Origin: Faecalimonas sp. | GTDB lineage: Bacteria > Bacillota > Clostridia > Lachnospirales > Lachnospiraceae | NCBI GenBank assembly: GCA_045648725.1 | Contig: JAZRON010000033.1 | Coordinates: 5,165 to 69,164 of the forward strand | DNA length: 64,000 bases | Direction: 5' to 3' | Part shown: piece after piece, positions 30,064 through 39,675 of the stretch | How positions within the stretch are numbered: position 1 is the stretch's first letter | How the letters are laid out: every line of letters starts with the position of its first letter | Position numbers and translations under genes: made by a program | Notes under the pieces: generated by a model | Seen by the model: only the letters and a program-made list of their open reading frames with translations | Told to the model about the DNA's origin: nothing | Database searches by the model: none

Positions 30064-32010
30064 ATGAAAAAAGATTTTTTGCCAATTTGCAGACAGGATA
30101 TGGTTGCACGTGGTTGGGAGCAGGTTGATTTTGTATATGTGAGTGGGGATGCCTATGTAGATCATCCTTCTTTTGGACATGCCATTATTACTCGAATATT
30201 GGAATCACACGGATATAAAGTGGGAATCATAGCCCAGCCGGATTGGAAAGAAAAAGAGAGTATTTCCATTTATGGGGAGCCAAGGCTTGGTTTTTTAGTT
30301 TCTGCAGGGAATATGGACTCTATGGTGAATCATTATTCGGTTTCTAAAAAAAGAAGATCCAACGATGCATTTACACCGGGTGGTGAGATGGGAAAAAGAC
30401 CGGACTATGCCACAGTTGTATACTGCAATTTGATTCGACAAGTGTACAAGAAGACACCGATTATTATTGGTGGAATTGAAGCCAGTCTTCGCAGAATGGC
30501 ACATTATGATTATTGGTCCAACAAATTAAAACGTTCTATTTTATTGGATTCCGGTGCAGACATTATTTCTTACGGAATGGGAGAGCGTTCCATTGTAGAA
30601 ATTGCAGAAGCCTTAGATAGTGGGCTTGCAGTGGAAGATATTACTTATATTGATGGAACCGTTGTAAAGGTAAAGTCACTGGACAGTGTTTATGACGCAC
30701 TCGTTTTGGAGTCTTGGGATGAGTTAAAGGCTGACAAACTGAACTATGCCAGCAGTTTTTACAAGCAATACTGCAACACGGACCCATTTACTTCAAAACG
30801 TTTGGTGGAACCATATTCAGAGCATTTATATGTGGTGCAGAATCCGCCATCCAAGCCTCTTTCTCAGTCGGAAATGGACAGAGTATACAGTTTGCCGTAC
30901 ATGAGAACCTATCATCCTTCTTATGAGCCACTTGGTGGAGTTCCGGCAATTGAAGAGGTGAAATATAGTCTGATTAGCAACCGTGGCTGTTTTGGCGGCT
31001 GCAGCTTTTGTGCTTTAACTTTCCATCAGGGAAGAATTATTCAGACCAGAAGTCACGAGTCTTTAATTTCAGAAGCAAAACAGTTTATCTGGGATAAAGA
31101 TTTTAAAGGATATATACATGATGTAGGTGGACCGACTGCAAACTTTAGAGGGCCATCTTGCGACAAACAACTTACCAAGGGCGTATGTAAGAACAGACAA
31201 TGTTTATTCCCGACGCCATGTAAGAATCTAAAGGTGGACCATAAAGATTATTTGAAATTATTAAGGAAACTTCGGGAACTTCCAAATGTGAAGAAAGTAT
31301 TTATTCGTTCCGGAATTCGTTTTGATTATCTGATGGCGGATAAGGATGATACCTTCTTCCGTGAACTTTGTGAGCATCATGTAAGCGGACAACTGAAAGT
31401 TGCGCCGGAACATGTGGCGGATCCGGTTCTTCAAATGATGGGAAAACCGGAAAACAGTGTGTATCAGGCTTTTTCAAAGAAGTACAAACAAATTAATGAT
31501 AAATTGGGAAAAAACCAATTCTTAGTTCCGTATTTGATGTCTTCCCATCCTGGCTCTACCATGAGAGAAGCCATTGCGCTTGCAGAATATTTGCGTGATT
31601 TGGGATACATGCCGGAACAGGTGCAGGATTTTTATCCTACACCGTCTACCATATCTACCTGTATGTATTACACAGGAGTAGACCCAAGAACCATGAAGCT
31701 GGTTTATGTTCCTAAGAATCCTCATGAAAAGGCCATGCAAAGAGCGCTTATACAATACCGCAATCCAAAGAATTATGATTTAGTAATGGAAGCATTAAAG
31801 TCTGCAGATAGAATGGATTTGGTTGGATTTGACAAGAAGTGCCTGATTCGTCCGAGACAAGATAAGAACTCATTTAAAGGGAACATTACTCCAGGAAATC
31901 AAGGACATCGCAAGACGAAAGGTGCAGGCCCAGGACAGAATGGACAGGGAAAGAATGCTCCGAAAAAGAAAAAAGCAATTCGGAATGTACACAAGAAGAA
32001 AGCAAAATAA
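30064..32010 (+). CDS. YgiQ (UPF0313) family radical SAM protein
   Basis: GDAYVDHPSFG, RGCFGGCSFC, DVGGPTAN and QVQDFYPTP motifs. Confidence 0.93.
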   Translation: MKKDFLPICRQDMVARGWEQVDFVYVSGDAYVDHPSFGHAIITRILESHGYKVGIIAQPDWKEKESISIYGEPRLGFLVSAGNMDSMVNHYSVSKKRRSNDAFTPGGEMGKRPDYATVVYCNLIRQVYKKTPIIIGGIEASLRRMAHYDYWSNKLKRSILLDSGADIISYGMGERSIVEIAEALDSGLAVEDITYIDGTVVKVKSLDSVYDALVLESWDELKADKLNYASSFYKQYCNTDPFTSKRLVEPYSEHLYVVQNPPSKPLSQSEMDRVYSLPYMRTYHPSYEPLGGVPAIEEVKYSLISNRGCFGGCSFCALTFHQGRIIQTRSHESLISEAKQFIWDKDFKGYIHDVGGPTANFRGPSCDKQLTKGVCKNRQCLFPTPCKNLKVDHKDYLKLLRKLRELPNVKKVFIRSGIRFDYLMADKDDTFFRELCEHHVSGQLKVAPEHVADPVLQMMGKPENSVYQAFSKKYKQINDKLGKNQFLVPYLMSSHPGSTMREAIALAEYLRDLGYMPEQVQDFYPTPSTISTCMYYTGVDPRTMKLVYVPKNPHEKAMQRALIQYRNPKNYDLVMEALKSADRMDLVGFDKKCLIRPRQDKNSFKGNITPGNQGHRKTKGAGPGQNGQGKNAPKKKKAIRNVHKKKAK

Positions 32011-32030
32011 AAAAAACAAGGAAAAAGGCT

Positions 32031-32606
32031 ATGAAGATTACAAAAGGAAATCCGGGTTATGTCGAGAAAAGAAAACAGAATATGATTCTTAAAACAGTTT
32101 TGCAGTTTGGAATTGTTATTGCACTTTTGATTCTTGGGGTTGCACAGACCAATACCAGATTGAATTTACTCACATTAGTAGCGGTACTTGGGTGTCTTCC
32201 GGCGTCAAAGTCATTGGTAGAAGTGATTATGCTATTTCCGCATCATTCTATTGAAGCAACTAAAGCCCATGAAATCAGAGAAAAAACATCAGAACTTACC
32301 GTTGCCTATGATCTGGTATTTACCAGTGAAAAACATATTATGCCGGTGGACTGTATCATAATCTCTGACAATACCATTTGCGGATATGCTTCAAAGGAAA
32401 AAACGGATACAACTTTTGCAGCAAAGCATCTGAAACAGATTCTATATGCAAATCAGTTTACCAATGTATCTGTGAAAATTTTTGAAAATTATAATGCTTT
32501 TGTCACCCGTGCAGGGGAAATGAATAGCCTTGCGGCTAAGACAGGGAATGACACAAAGAAGAAGGAAACAAAAATCCAGCAGATTATTTTGAATATTTCG
32601 TTATAG
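32031..32606 (+). CDS. Hypothetical membrane protein (two TM helices plus soluble domain)
   Basis: Operonic ORF with RBS and two hydrophobic helices. Confidence 0.75.
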   Translation: MKITKGNPGYVEKRKQNMILKTVLQFGIVIALLILGVAQTNTRLNLLTLVAVLGCLPASKSLVEVIMLFPHHSIEATKAHEIREKTSELTVAYDLVFTSEKHIMPVDCIIISDNTICGYASKEKTDTTFAAKHLKQILYANQFTNVSVKIFENYNAFVTRAGEMNSLAAKTGNDTKKKETKIQQIILNISL

Positions 32607-32616
32607 TGAGGGAAGG

Positions 32617-33588
32617 ATGCAAGAAATTATTGTAACAGCAAATGAAGCGGGACAGCGCTTCGATAAACTCATTGCCAAATATCTGAATGAAGCACCAAAA
32701 AGTTTTATATATAAGATGCTTCGCAAAAAGAACATTGTATTAAACGGAAAGAAAGCGACCGGAAACGAAAAACTGGAAGTGGGAGACCGAATTAAGCTTT
32801 TTTTGGCAGATGAAACCATTGAAAAATTTTCGAAAATGACGGTGCAAAAGACAAAACAAAAATTAGATGTAATTTATGAGGACCATAATATCCTTTTCAT
32901 CAACAAGCCTGTTGGAATGCTTTCTCAAAAAGCAGATGCAAAGGATGAGTCTTTGGTAGAGCATATTATCACCTATCTTTTGAACTCCGGTCAATTGACG
33001 GAGGAAGAACTTCGGAAGTTTAAACCTTCCATCTGTAACCGTTTGGATAGAAATACAAGTGGACTTGTAGTAGCCGGAAAGAGTCTTTTGGGACTTCAAA
33101 AAATGGGCGAACTTTTTAAAGAACGATCCGTAAAAAAATATTATCGTTGCCTTGTTGCAGGGGAAGTAAAAGAAAAGCAATATATCAAAGGTTATTTATT
33201 TAAGGATGAGGCGATAAATAAAGTAATGATTTCTCCGAAAGAAATTAAAAACAGTCTTCTGATTGAAACAGAGTATGAACCACTTTGGACAAACGGGAAA
33301 TGTACCTTGTTGGAGGTGCATTTAATTACAGGAAGAACCCATCAGATTCGTGCACATTTAGCATCGGTAAATCATTGGATTATAGGTGACTACAAATATG
33401 GAAATCGAAAGCTGAACGATATTTACAAACAAAAATACGGATTGGAAAGTCAACTTCTACATGCTTACCGATTAGAATTGCCAGAACTTTCCGAGGGGTT
33501 TGAAAACATCAGCTTCAAACAATTTACGGCACCCCTACCAAGATTGTTTGAAACGATTTTGAAAGAAGAAAAGAATAACAAAGGATAG
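32617..33588 (+). CDS. RluA family (RluC/D-like) pseudouridine synthase
   Basis: S4 domain, NRLDRNTSG, TGRTHQIRAH and LHAY motifs. Confidence 0.92.
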   Translation: MQEIIVTANEAGQRFDKLIAKYLNEAPKSFIYKMLRKKNIVLNGKKATGNEKLEVGDRIKLFLADETIEKFSKMTVQKTKQKLDVIYEDHNILFINKPVGMLSQKADAKDESLVEHIITYLLNSGQLTEEELRKFKPSICNRLDRNTSGLVVAGKSLLGLQKMGELFKERSVKKYYRCLVAGEVKEKQYIKGYLFKDEAINKVMISPKEIKNSLLIETEYEPLWTNGKCTLLEVHLITGRTHQIRAHLASVNHWIIGDYKYGNRKLNDIYKQKYGLESQLLHAYRLELPELSEGFENISFKQFTAPLPRLFETILKEEKNNKG

Positions 33589-33593
33589 AAATT

Positions 33594-34127
33594 ATGGGAA
33601 CATGGAATTCGCGTGGACTTCGAGGGTCTACCCTGGAAGAATTTATCAATCGTACTAATGAACGCTATCAGGAACAGGGATTGGCGCTTATCCAAAAGAT
33701 ACCAACCCCGATCACACCAGTACGCATAGATAAAGAACACAGACATATTACACTTGCATATTTTGAACAAAAGAGTACAGTAGACTATATAGGCGCGGTC
33801 CAGGGGATTCCGGTGTGTTTTGATGCCAAGGAATGTCATACGGACACCTTTCCGCTGCAAAATATACATGAACATCAGGTGGATTTCATGGAAGGCTTTG
33901 AAAAACAAGGTGGAATTTCCTTTTTTATTATTTACTTTAGTGCTAGAAATGAATTATACTATATGACATTCCAGGAAATAAAAACATTCTGGGAAAGAGG
34001 ACAAAATGGCGGAAGAAAAAGTTTCCGCTATGAGGAACTAAATCCGAATTTTTTCCTGCAGTTTAAAAATGGCTGTATGGTGCCATATTTAGATGCAATG
34101 CAAAAGGATTTGGAACTTAGGGATTAA
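33594..34127 (+). CDS. recU: Holliday junction resolvase RecU
   Basis: KIPTP, STVDYIG, FDAKE and NIHEHQ motifs. Confidence 0.95.
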   Translation: MGTWNSRGLRGSTLEEFINRTNERYQEQGLALIQKIPTPITPVRIDKEHRHITLAYFEQKSTVDYIGAVQGIPVCFDAKECHTDTFPLQNIHEHQVDFMEGFEKQGGISFFIIYFSARNELYYMTFQEIKTFWERGQNGGRKSFRYEELNPNFFLQFKNGCMVPYLDAMQKDLELRD

Positions 34128-34139
34128 CAGGAGGACTAT

Positions 34140-35390
34140 ATGAGACAACAAATGCATACACCGGAAGGTGTGAGAGACATCTATGGAATCGAATATAAGA
34201 AAAAATTATTAATAGAAGAAAAGTTACAGAAGGTGTTGCACTTGTATGGTTATCAAGATATACAGACACCTATGTTTGAATATTTTGATGTGTTTGGAAA
34301 AGAAGTGGGAACCATTCCTTCTAAAGATTTGTATAAATTTTTCGATAAAGAGGGGAATACATTAGTGCTTAGACCGGATATCACACCGTCTATCGCCAGA
34401 GTTGCAACTACCATCTATGAATCAGAAGATATGCCAATTCGTTTGTGTTATAAGGGGAACACCTTTATTAATCATTCTAATTATTTGGGTAGACTTCGCG
34501 AAAACACCCAACTTGGCGCGGAGTTTATTGGGGTGGACTCCGTTGAAGCAGATGCTGAGATGATCGCGATGGCAGTGGAAAGTTTAAAAGAAGTTGGACT
34601 TAATGATTTCCAGATACATATAGGCAATGTGGATTTCTTTGAAGGTCTTATCAAAGAAACAAAATTAGAAGAAGTAGACGAACTTCGCTTACGAGAACTC
34701 ATTGCCAATCGAAATTCTTTTGGTGTGGATGAATTATTGGAAAATAAGCAAGCAAAAACCACTGTAAAAACAGCTTTTCAGATTCTGCCAGAATTGATTG
34801 GCGGTCCGGAAGTATTGAAAGAGGCGCGGAAAATTGCTTTAAATTCCGAAACTTTAGAAGCCGTAAAGCGTTTGGAAAGCATTTATGAAATATTGGTTTC
34901 ATATGAGGTGGATAAGTATGTAACCTTTGACTTTAGCATGCATGGGACATATGGTTATTACACGGGAATTATTTTTCGTGGTTATACCTATGGAACCGGA
35001 GATGCCATTGTAAAAGGTGGGCGCTATGACACTCTTCTTGGAAAATTTGGTAAAGCAAGCCCATCCGTCGGATTTGTAATTGTTGTAGATGAACTTATGA
35101 GTGCTTTTGGTAGACAAAAAGTGGAGATTCCATGTGAGTATAAGACCACATACATTTTATATGATGAGGGAAGACATAGTGAAGCGGTTTCTCTTGCAAA
35201 AGATTTTCGTAAGAATGGAAAACAGACGGAACTTGCAAAAAAGAGCGAGTCCCATGGTGTGGAATCCTATGTTGCTTATGCAAAACAGAATATGTGCATT
35301 AGTATGATGTACTTAAAGAATAATAATGAAATTGAAATGATCAATTTACTGACAGGAAAAGTAAAAACTGTTACAAAGAAGATAAAATAG
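34140..35390 (+). CDS. hisZ: ATP phosphoribosyltransferase regulatory subunit
   Basis: TPEGVRD, LRPDITPSIAR, QLGAE, YYTGIIF and GGRYD motifs; precedes short hisG. Confidence 0.92.
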   Translation: MRQQMHTPEGVRDIYGIEYKKKLLIEEKLQKVLHLYGYQDIQTPMFEYFDVFGKEVGTIPSKDLYKFFDKEGNTLVLRPDITPSIARVATTIYESEDMPIRLCYKGNTFINHSNYLGRLRENTQLGAEFIGVDSVEADAEMIAMAVESLKEVGLNDFQIHIGNVDFFEGLIKETKLEEVDELRLRELIANRNSFGVDELLENKQAKTTVKTAFQILPELIGGPEVLKEARKIALNSETLEAVKRLESIYEILVSYEVDKYVTFDFSMHGTYGYYTGIIFRGYTYGTGDAIVKGGRYDTLLGKFGKASPSVGFVIVVDELMSAFGRQKVEIPCEYKTTYILYDEGRHSEAVSLAKDFRKNGKQTELAKKSESHGVESYVAYAKQNMCISMMYLKNNNEIEMINLLTGKVKTVTKKIK

Positions 35391-35405
35391 GTAGGGGGTA
35401 TATGT

Positions 35406-36050
35406 ATGAGATACTTAACATTTGCATTGACAAAGGGGCGTCTCGCACAGAAAACATTAGAATTACTGGAAGAATTAGGCATCACCTGCCAGGAAATGAA
35501 AGATAAGAATTCAAGAAAATTAATTTTTGTAAATGAAGAGTTGAAGTTGAAATTTTTCTTGGCAAAAGGTCCGGACGTACCAACATATGTGGAATATGGG
35601 GCTGCCGATATTGGTGTGGTTGGAAAAGATACCATTATGGAAGAAGGCAGAAAAGTACATGAGGTGTTAGACCTTCAGTTTGGAAAGTGTCGTATGTGTG
35701 TATGTGGCCCTAAATCAGCAGAAGAATTGTTAAAGCATCGGGAATTGATTCGGGTTGCCACCAAATATCCTAATATTGCAAAAGATTATTTCTATAACAA
35801 AAAGCATCAGACAGTGGAGATTATTAAATTAAACGGTTCTATAGAACTGGCTCCATTGGTTGGTCTATCAGAAGTGATTGTGGATATTGTAGAAACCGGT
35901 TCCACATTAAGAGAAAATAACTTGGATGTATTGGAAGAAGTGTGTCCGCTTTCGGCTCGCATGATTGTGAATCCTGTGAGCATGAGATTGGAGAATGAGC
36001 GTATTAAAGACCTTCTTACAAAACTTCGGGCACTCTTACAGGAGGCATAG
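35406..36050 (+). CDS. hisG: ATP phosphoribosyltransferase, short form
   Basis: ALTKGRL, VATKYP, GSIELAP and DIVETGSTL motifs. Confidence 0.96.
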   Translation: MRYLTFALTKGRLAQKTLELLEELGITCQEMKDKNSRKLIFVNEELKLKFFLAKGPDVPTYVEYGAADIGVVGKDTIMEEGRKVHEVLDLQFGKCRMCVCGPKSAEELLKHRELIRVATKYPNIAKDYFYNKKHQTVEIIKLNGSIELAPLVGLSEVIVDIVETGSTLRENNLDVLEEVCPLSARMIVNPVSMRLENERIKDLLTKLRALLQEA

Positions 36051-36052
36051 AG

Positions 36053-37342
36053 ATGAGAATACAAAGACTTGATGAAAATACAAAGAAAAATCTGTTAGAA
36101 GATTTGCTAAAAAGAAGCCCAAACCAGTATCCGGAATACGAGAAGCGAGTTGGAGCTATTTTAGAAGAAGTTCGTCAGAACAGAGACGAGGCAGTGTTTG
36201 CATTTACAAAGAAGTTTGATGGTGCAGACATTTCGGCCGAAACTATAGTCGTTACGGAGGAAGAAACCAAGGAGGCTTACAGTCTGGTAGACCCGTCTTT
36301 GGTGGAAATCATTCGTAAGGCCAAGGAAAATATTCGTGTATATCATGAAAAACAGAGACAATATAGTTGGTTTGACAGCAAACCAAATGGAACTATGCTT
36401 GGTCAAAAAGTGACTCCTCTCCATCGCGTGGGCGTTTATGTTCCGGGTGGCAAAGCAGTTTATCCATCTTCAGTGTTAATGAACATTCTGCCGGCAAAGG
36501 TAGCCGGAGTTGATGAAATTATTATGACAACTCCACCTGGAAAGGATGGAAAAGTGAATCCCAACACTTTAGTGGCAGCCAAAGAGGCGGGAGTGGATGT
36601 GATTTACAAGGTAGGTGGTGCGCAGGCAATTGCAGCCATGGCTTACGGAACAGAAAGTATACCAAAGGTTGATAAAATTGTAGGGCCTGGAAACATCTAT
36701 GTGGCGTTGGCGAAAAAGGCAGTTTACGGTCATGTGAATATTGACTCCATTGCAGGACCAAGTGAAATTCTGGTGATTGCAGATGAAACTGCAAATCCAA
36801 GATATGTGGCTGCGGATTTATTATCTCAGGCGGAACATGATGAATTGGCATCTGCAATATTGGTGACTACCAGCGAAGAACTTGCCAGAGAGGTTTCTGA
36901 GCAGGTAGAGATTTTTGTAGAGGAACTTACAAGGACTGAGATTATGAGAAAGTCTTTGGAAAACTATGGATACATATTGGTTGCAGACACCATGGAAGAT
37001 GTGATTGATATTGCAAATGAAATTGCATCAGAACATTTAGAAATCATGACAAAAGATCCATATGATGTTATGATGAAGATACGAAATGCGGGGGCAATCT
37101 TTATCGGTGAATATAGTAGTGAACCGTTGGGAGACTATTTTGCTGGACCAAACCATGTATTGCCGACAAATGGAACTGCAAAATTCTTTTCACCGCTGAG
37201 TGTGGATGATTTCATTAAAAAATCAAGTATTATTGCATATTCAAAAGAGGCACTGGAAGAAATTCATCTGGATATCGAACATTTTGCACAGGCAGAGCAG
37301 TTAACGGCACATGCAAACTCAATTAAAGTAAGATTTGAATAG
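36053..37342 (+). CDS. hisD: Histidinol dehydrogenase
   Basis: YVPGG, GPGNIYV, SQAEHD and GDYFAGPNHVLPT motifs. Confidence 0.97.
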   Translation: MRIQRLDENTKKNLLEDLLKRSPNQYPEYEKRVGAILEEVRQNRDEAVFAFTKKFDGADISAETIVVTEEETKEAYSLVDPSLVEIIRKAKENIRVYHEKQRQYSWFDSKPNGTMLGQKVTPLHRVGVYVPGGKAVYPSSVLMNILPAKVAGVDEIIMTTPPGKDGKVNPNTLVAAKEAGVDVIYKVGGAQAIAAMAYGTESIPKVDKIVGPGNIYVALAKKAVYGHVNIDSIAGPSEILVIADETANPRYVAADLLSQAEHDELASAILVTTSEELAREVSEQVEIFVEELTRTEIMRKSLENYGYILVADTMEDVIDIANEIASEHLEIMTKDPYDVMMKIRNAGAIFIGEYSSEPLGDYFAGPNHVLPTNGTAKFFSPLSVDDFIKKSSIIAYSKEALEEIHLDIEHFAQAEQLTAHANSIKVRFE

Positions 37343-37360
37343 AAGAATCGAGGGATAGTT

Positions 37361-37954
37361 ATGAACACAAGAATCGCAACCTGCGAAAGAACAACAAAAG
37401 AAACAACGATTGTGATTACAATCAACCTGGACGGACAAGGTAAGACCAGTATTAACACCGGAATTGGATATTTTGATCATATGTTGGAAGGGTTCGCAAG
37501 ACACGGACTGTTTGATTTGGATGTTAAGGTGACTGGAGACTTACATGTAGATTGTCACCACACCATAGAAGATACAGGTATTGTGCTTGGGCAGGCCATT
37601 GCAAAAGCTTTGGGAGACAAAGCAGGGATCAAACGTTATGGCAGTTTTCTGCTTCCGATGGATGACACATTGGCTCTCTGCGCCATTGATTTATCGGGAA
37701 GACCGTACCTGAATTTCAAAGCGAATTTTTCGGCAAAAAAATTAGGTGATTTCGATACGGAGATGTTCCGTGAATTTTTCTATGCAGTATCCTACAGTGG
37801 GGCGATGAATCTTCATCTAAAAATTATGGATGGAATAAATAATCACCACATGTCAGAGGCTCTTTTTAAAGCCTTTGGAAAAGCTCTTGATATGGCTACA
37901 ATGGAAGAACCACGCATGAAGGATGTCTGGTCTACGAAAGGAAGTTTAGCATAA
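37361..37954 (+). CDS. hisB: Imidazoleglycerol-phosphate dehydratase
   Basis: FDHML, HHTIED and [12 protein letters not shown] motifs. Confidence 0.96.
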   Translation: MNTRIATCERTTKETTIVITINLDGQGKTSINTGIGYFDHMLEGFARHGLFDLDVKVTGDLHVDCHHTIEDTGIVLGQAIAKALGDKAGIKRYGSFLLPMDDTLALCAIDLSGRPYLNFKANFSAKKLGDFDTEMFREFFYAVSYSGAMNLHLKIMDGINNHHMSEALFKAFGKALDMATMEEPRMKDVWSTKGSLA

Positions 37955-39237
37955 TGATTTATAAAAAATTAATCCCTTGTATTTTTATCTCTCAAGGGAA
38001 AGCGGTAAAATGGTTTGATAATTCAGAAATATTGTCTGAGGATGTCGTTGCATTGGCAAAGGCATATGGTGATGCAGGAGCCGACGAGTTGATTGTATTT
38101 GACCTGTCGTCTAGTGATGTGGAGCATGATAATGCCATCGATTTGATGAAAAAGATTAATCGAACTATCCGAATACCTATGATTGCTGGTGGAAACATCC
38201 GCAGGCAGGAAGATGTAAAAAAGATTCTATATACAGGAGCCAAAAAAGCGATTTTAAACCTCTCGAAACCAACAGGGGTAGAATTAATAGAGGAGGTCTC
38301 AAAACGTTTTGGAAAGGATAAAATAGCAGTTTCCTTGAATGATTTTGACAGATTATATAAAAGTCGACACCTGATTACGGAATTTGCAAGTGAGATTATC
38401 TTTATGCATCGTCCGGATTTGGATTCGGTAACAAATACAACAAATCTTCCAACTGTCATTCTTACGGACGTATTAGATGAGAAGGAAGTTTTACGTATTT
38501 TGAAAAAAGATGGGATTGAAGGAATTTCCGGGAGATTTGTAAGCCAGAGGGAATATAATCTTCAAGATTTCAAGGTAAAATGTGAAGAGCAGGGAATTAA
38601 AATGACATCATTTGAGAGTATGATGAGTTTTTCAGAGTTTAAGGTGAATGAAGATGGACTGATTCCTGTTATTGTACAACATTACAAAACAGGAGAAGTG
38701 TTGATGATGGCTTACATGAATGAAGAAGCCTATGAGACAACGCTGAAAACAGGGAAAATGACATATTTTAGCCGAAGTCGAGAAACACTTTGGGTAAAAG
38801 GGGAAACATCGGGACATTTTCAATATGTGAAGTCTCTAACCATAGACTGTGATAAGGACACGATTTTAGCCAAGGTTGAGCAAATAGGGGCTGCGTGCCA
38901 TACCGGTAATCCTACTTGTTTCTTTCAATCCCTTGTTGGAAAGGACTACGATGAGACCAATCCTCTTCAAGTGTTTGAAAGTGTATATGAAACGATTCTG
39001 GATCGGAAGAATCATCCAAAGGAAGGTTCTTACACCAATTATTTGTTTGACAAAGGAATTGATAAGATTCTGAAAAAGGTTGGGGAAGAGGCAACAGAAC
39101 TTGTGATTGCAGCCAAGAACCCGAATCCGGAGGAAATTAAATACGAATTATCTGATTTTCTGTATCATGCAATGGTTCTCATGGTGGAACGTGGAGTGAC
39201 ATGGGAGGATATTACAAAAGAATTGGCTGACCGCTAA
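37954..39237 (+). CDS. hisIE: HisF-like barrel fused to HisI-HisE
   Basis: C-terminal DCDKD/ACHTG..TCF (HisI) and GSYT..KKVGEE (HisE); N-terminal [14 protein letters not shown] (HisF-like). Confidence 0.9.
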   Translation: MIYKKLIPCIFISQGKAVKWFDNSEILSEDVVALAKAYGDAGADELIVFDLSSSDVEHDNAIDLMKKINRTIRIPMIAGGNIRRQEDVKKILYTGAKKAILNLSKPTGVELIEEVSKRFGKDKIAVSLNDFDRLYKSRHLITEFASEIIFMHRPDLDSVTNTTNLPTVILTDVLDEKEVLRILKKDGIEGISGRFVSQREYNLQDFKVKCEEQGIKMTSFESMMSFSEFKVNEDGLIPVIVQHYKTGEVLMMAYMNEEAYETTLKTGKMTYFSRSRETLWVKGETSGHFQYVKSLTIDCDKDTILAKVEQIGAACHTGNPTCFFQSLVGKDYDETNPLQVFESVYETILDRKNHPKEGSYTNYLFDKGIDKILKKVGEEATELVIAAKNPNPEEIKYELSDFLYHAMVLMVERGVTWEDITKELADR

Positions 39238-39309
39238 TCTTCTAAAGAAATTGGAAAGGGCATATATTATGTTACATAGTATATGCCTTTTGTTTTTGGA
39301 GGATCGGTC

Positions 39310-39630
39310 ATGACAGAAACGGAAAAAAGAAGAATTACATTGTTACAGGAAACCAGAAAAATGTACAGCGAAAAATATACACCACCGGCAATACATCCAA
39401 GATACCAATCGGCTTACCAAAGTATCTACAAAAATGATGAATTTACAAGAGAAGAAAAGGGGTCTGGTTCTTTTGTGGCTCGAACTGTGGTGGCAATATT
39501 ATTGTTATGCTTATTTGCCATTGCAAACAAGAATGGGCTGGAAGAAGCAAAGACTGTGACAAATGAAATTAAACAAGAATTCCATGGGATGGACTTGGAT
39601 GGATTTATTGACTTCCAAATATTCCGTTGA
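39310..39630 (+). CDS. Hypothetical single-TM protein, possibly sporulation-expressed
   Basis: GGAGG RBS; CATATATT sigma-E/K-like -10 at 39261. Confidence 0.65.
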   Translation: MTETEKRRITLLQETRKMYSEKYTPPAIHPRYQSAYQSIYKNDEFTREEKGSGSFVARTVVAILLLCLFAIANKNGLEEAKTVTNEIKQEFHGMDLDGFIDFQIFR

Positions 39631-39636
39631 TATAAT
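39608..39636 (+). promoter_or_regulatory. Sigma-A promoter of the radical SAM/rng operon
   Basis: TTGACT-17-TATAAT with extended TG. Confidence 0.75.
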
Positions 39637-39675
39637 GTCATAGTAAAAAAGTAACAATACAAAAGGAGAATTGAA

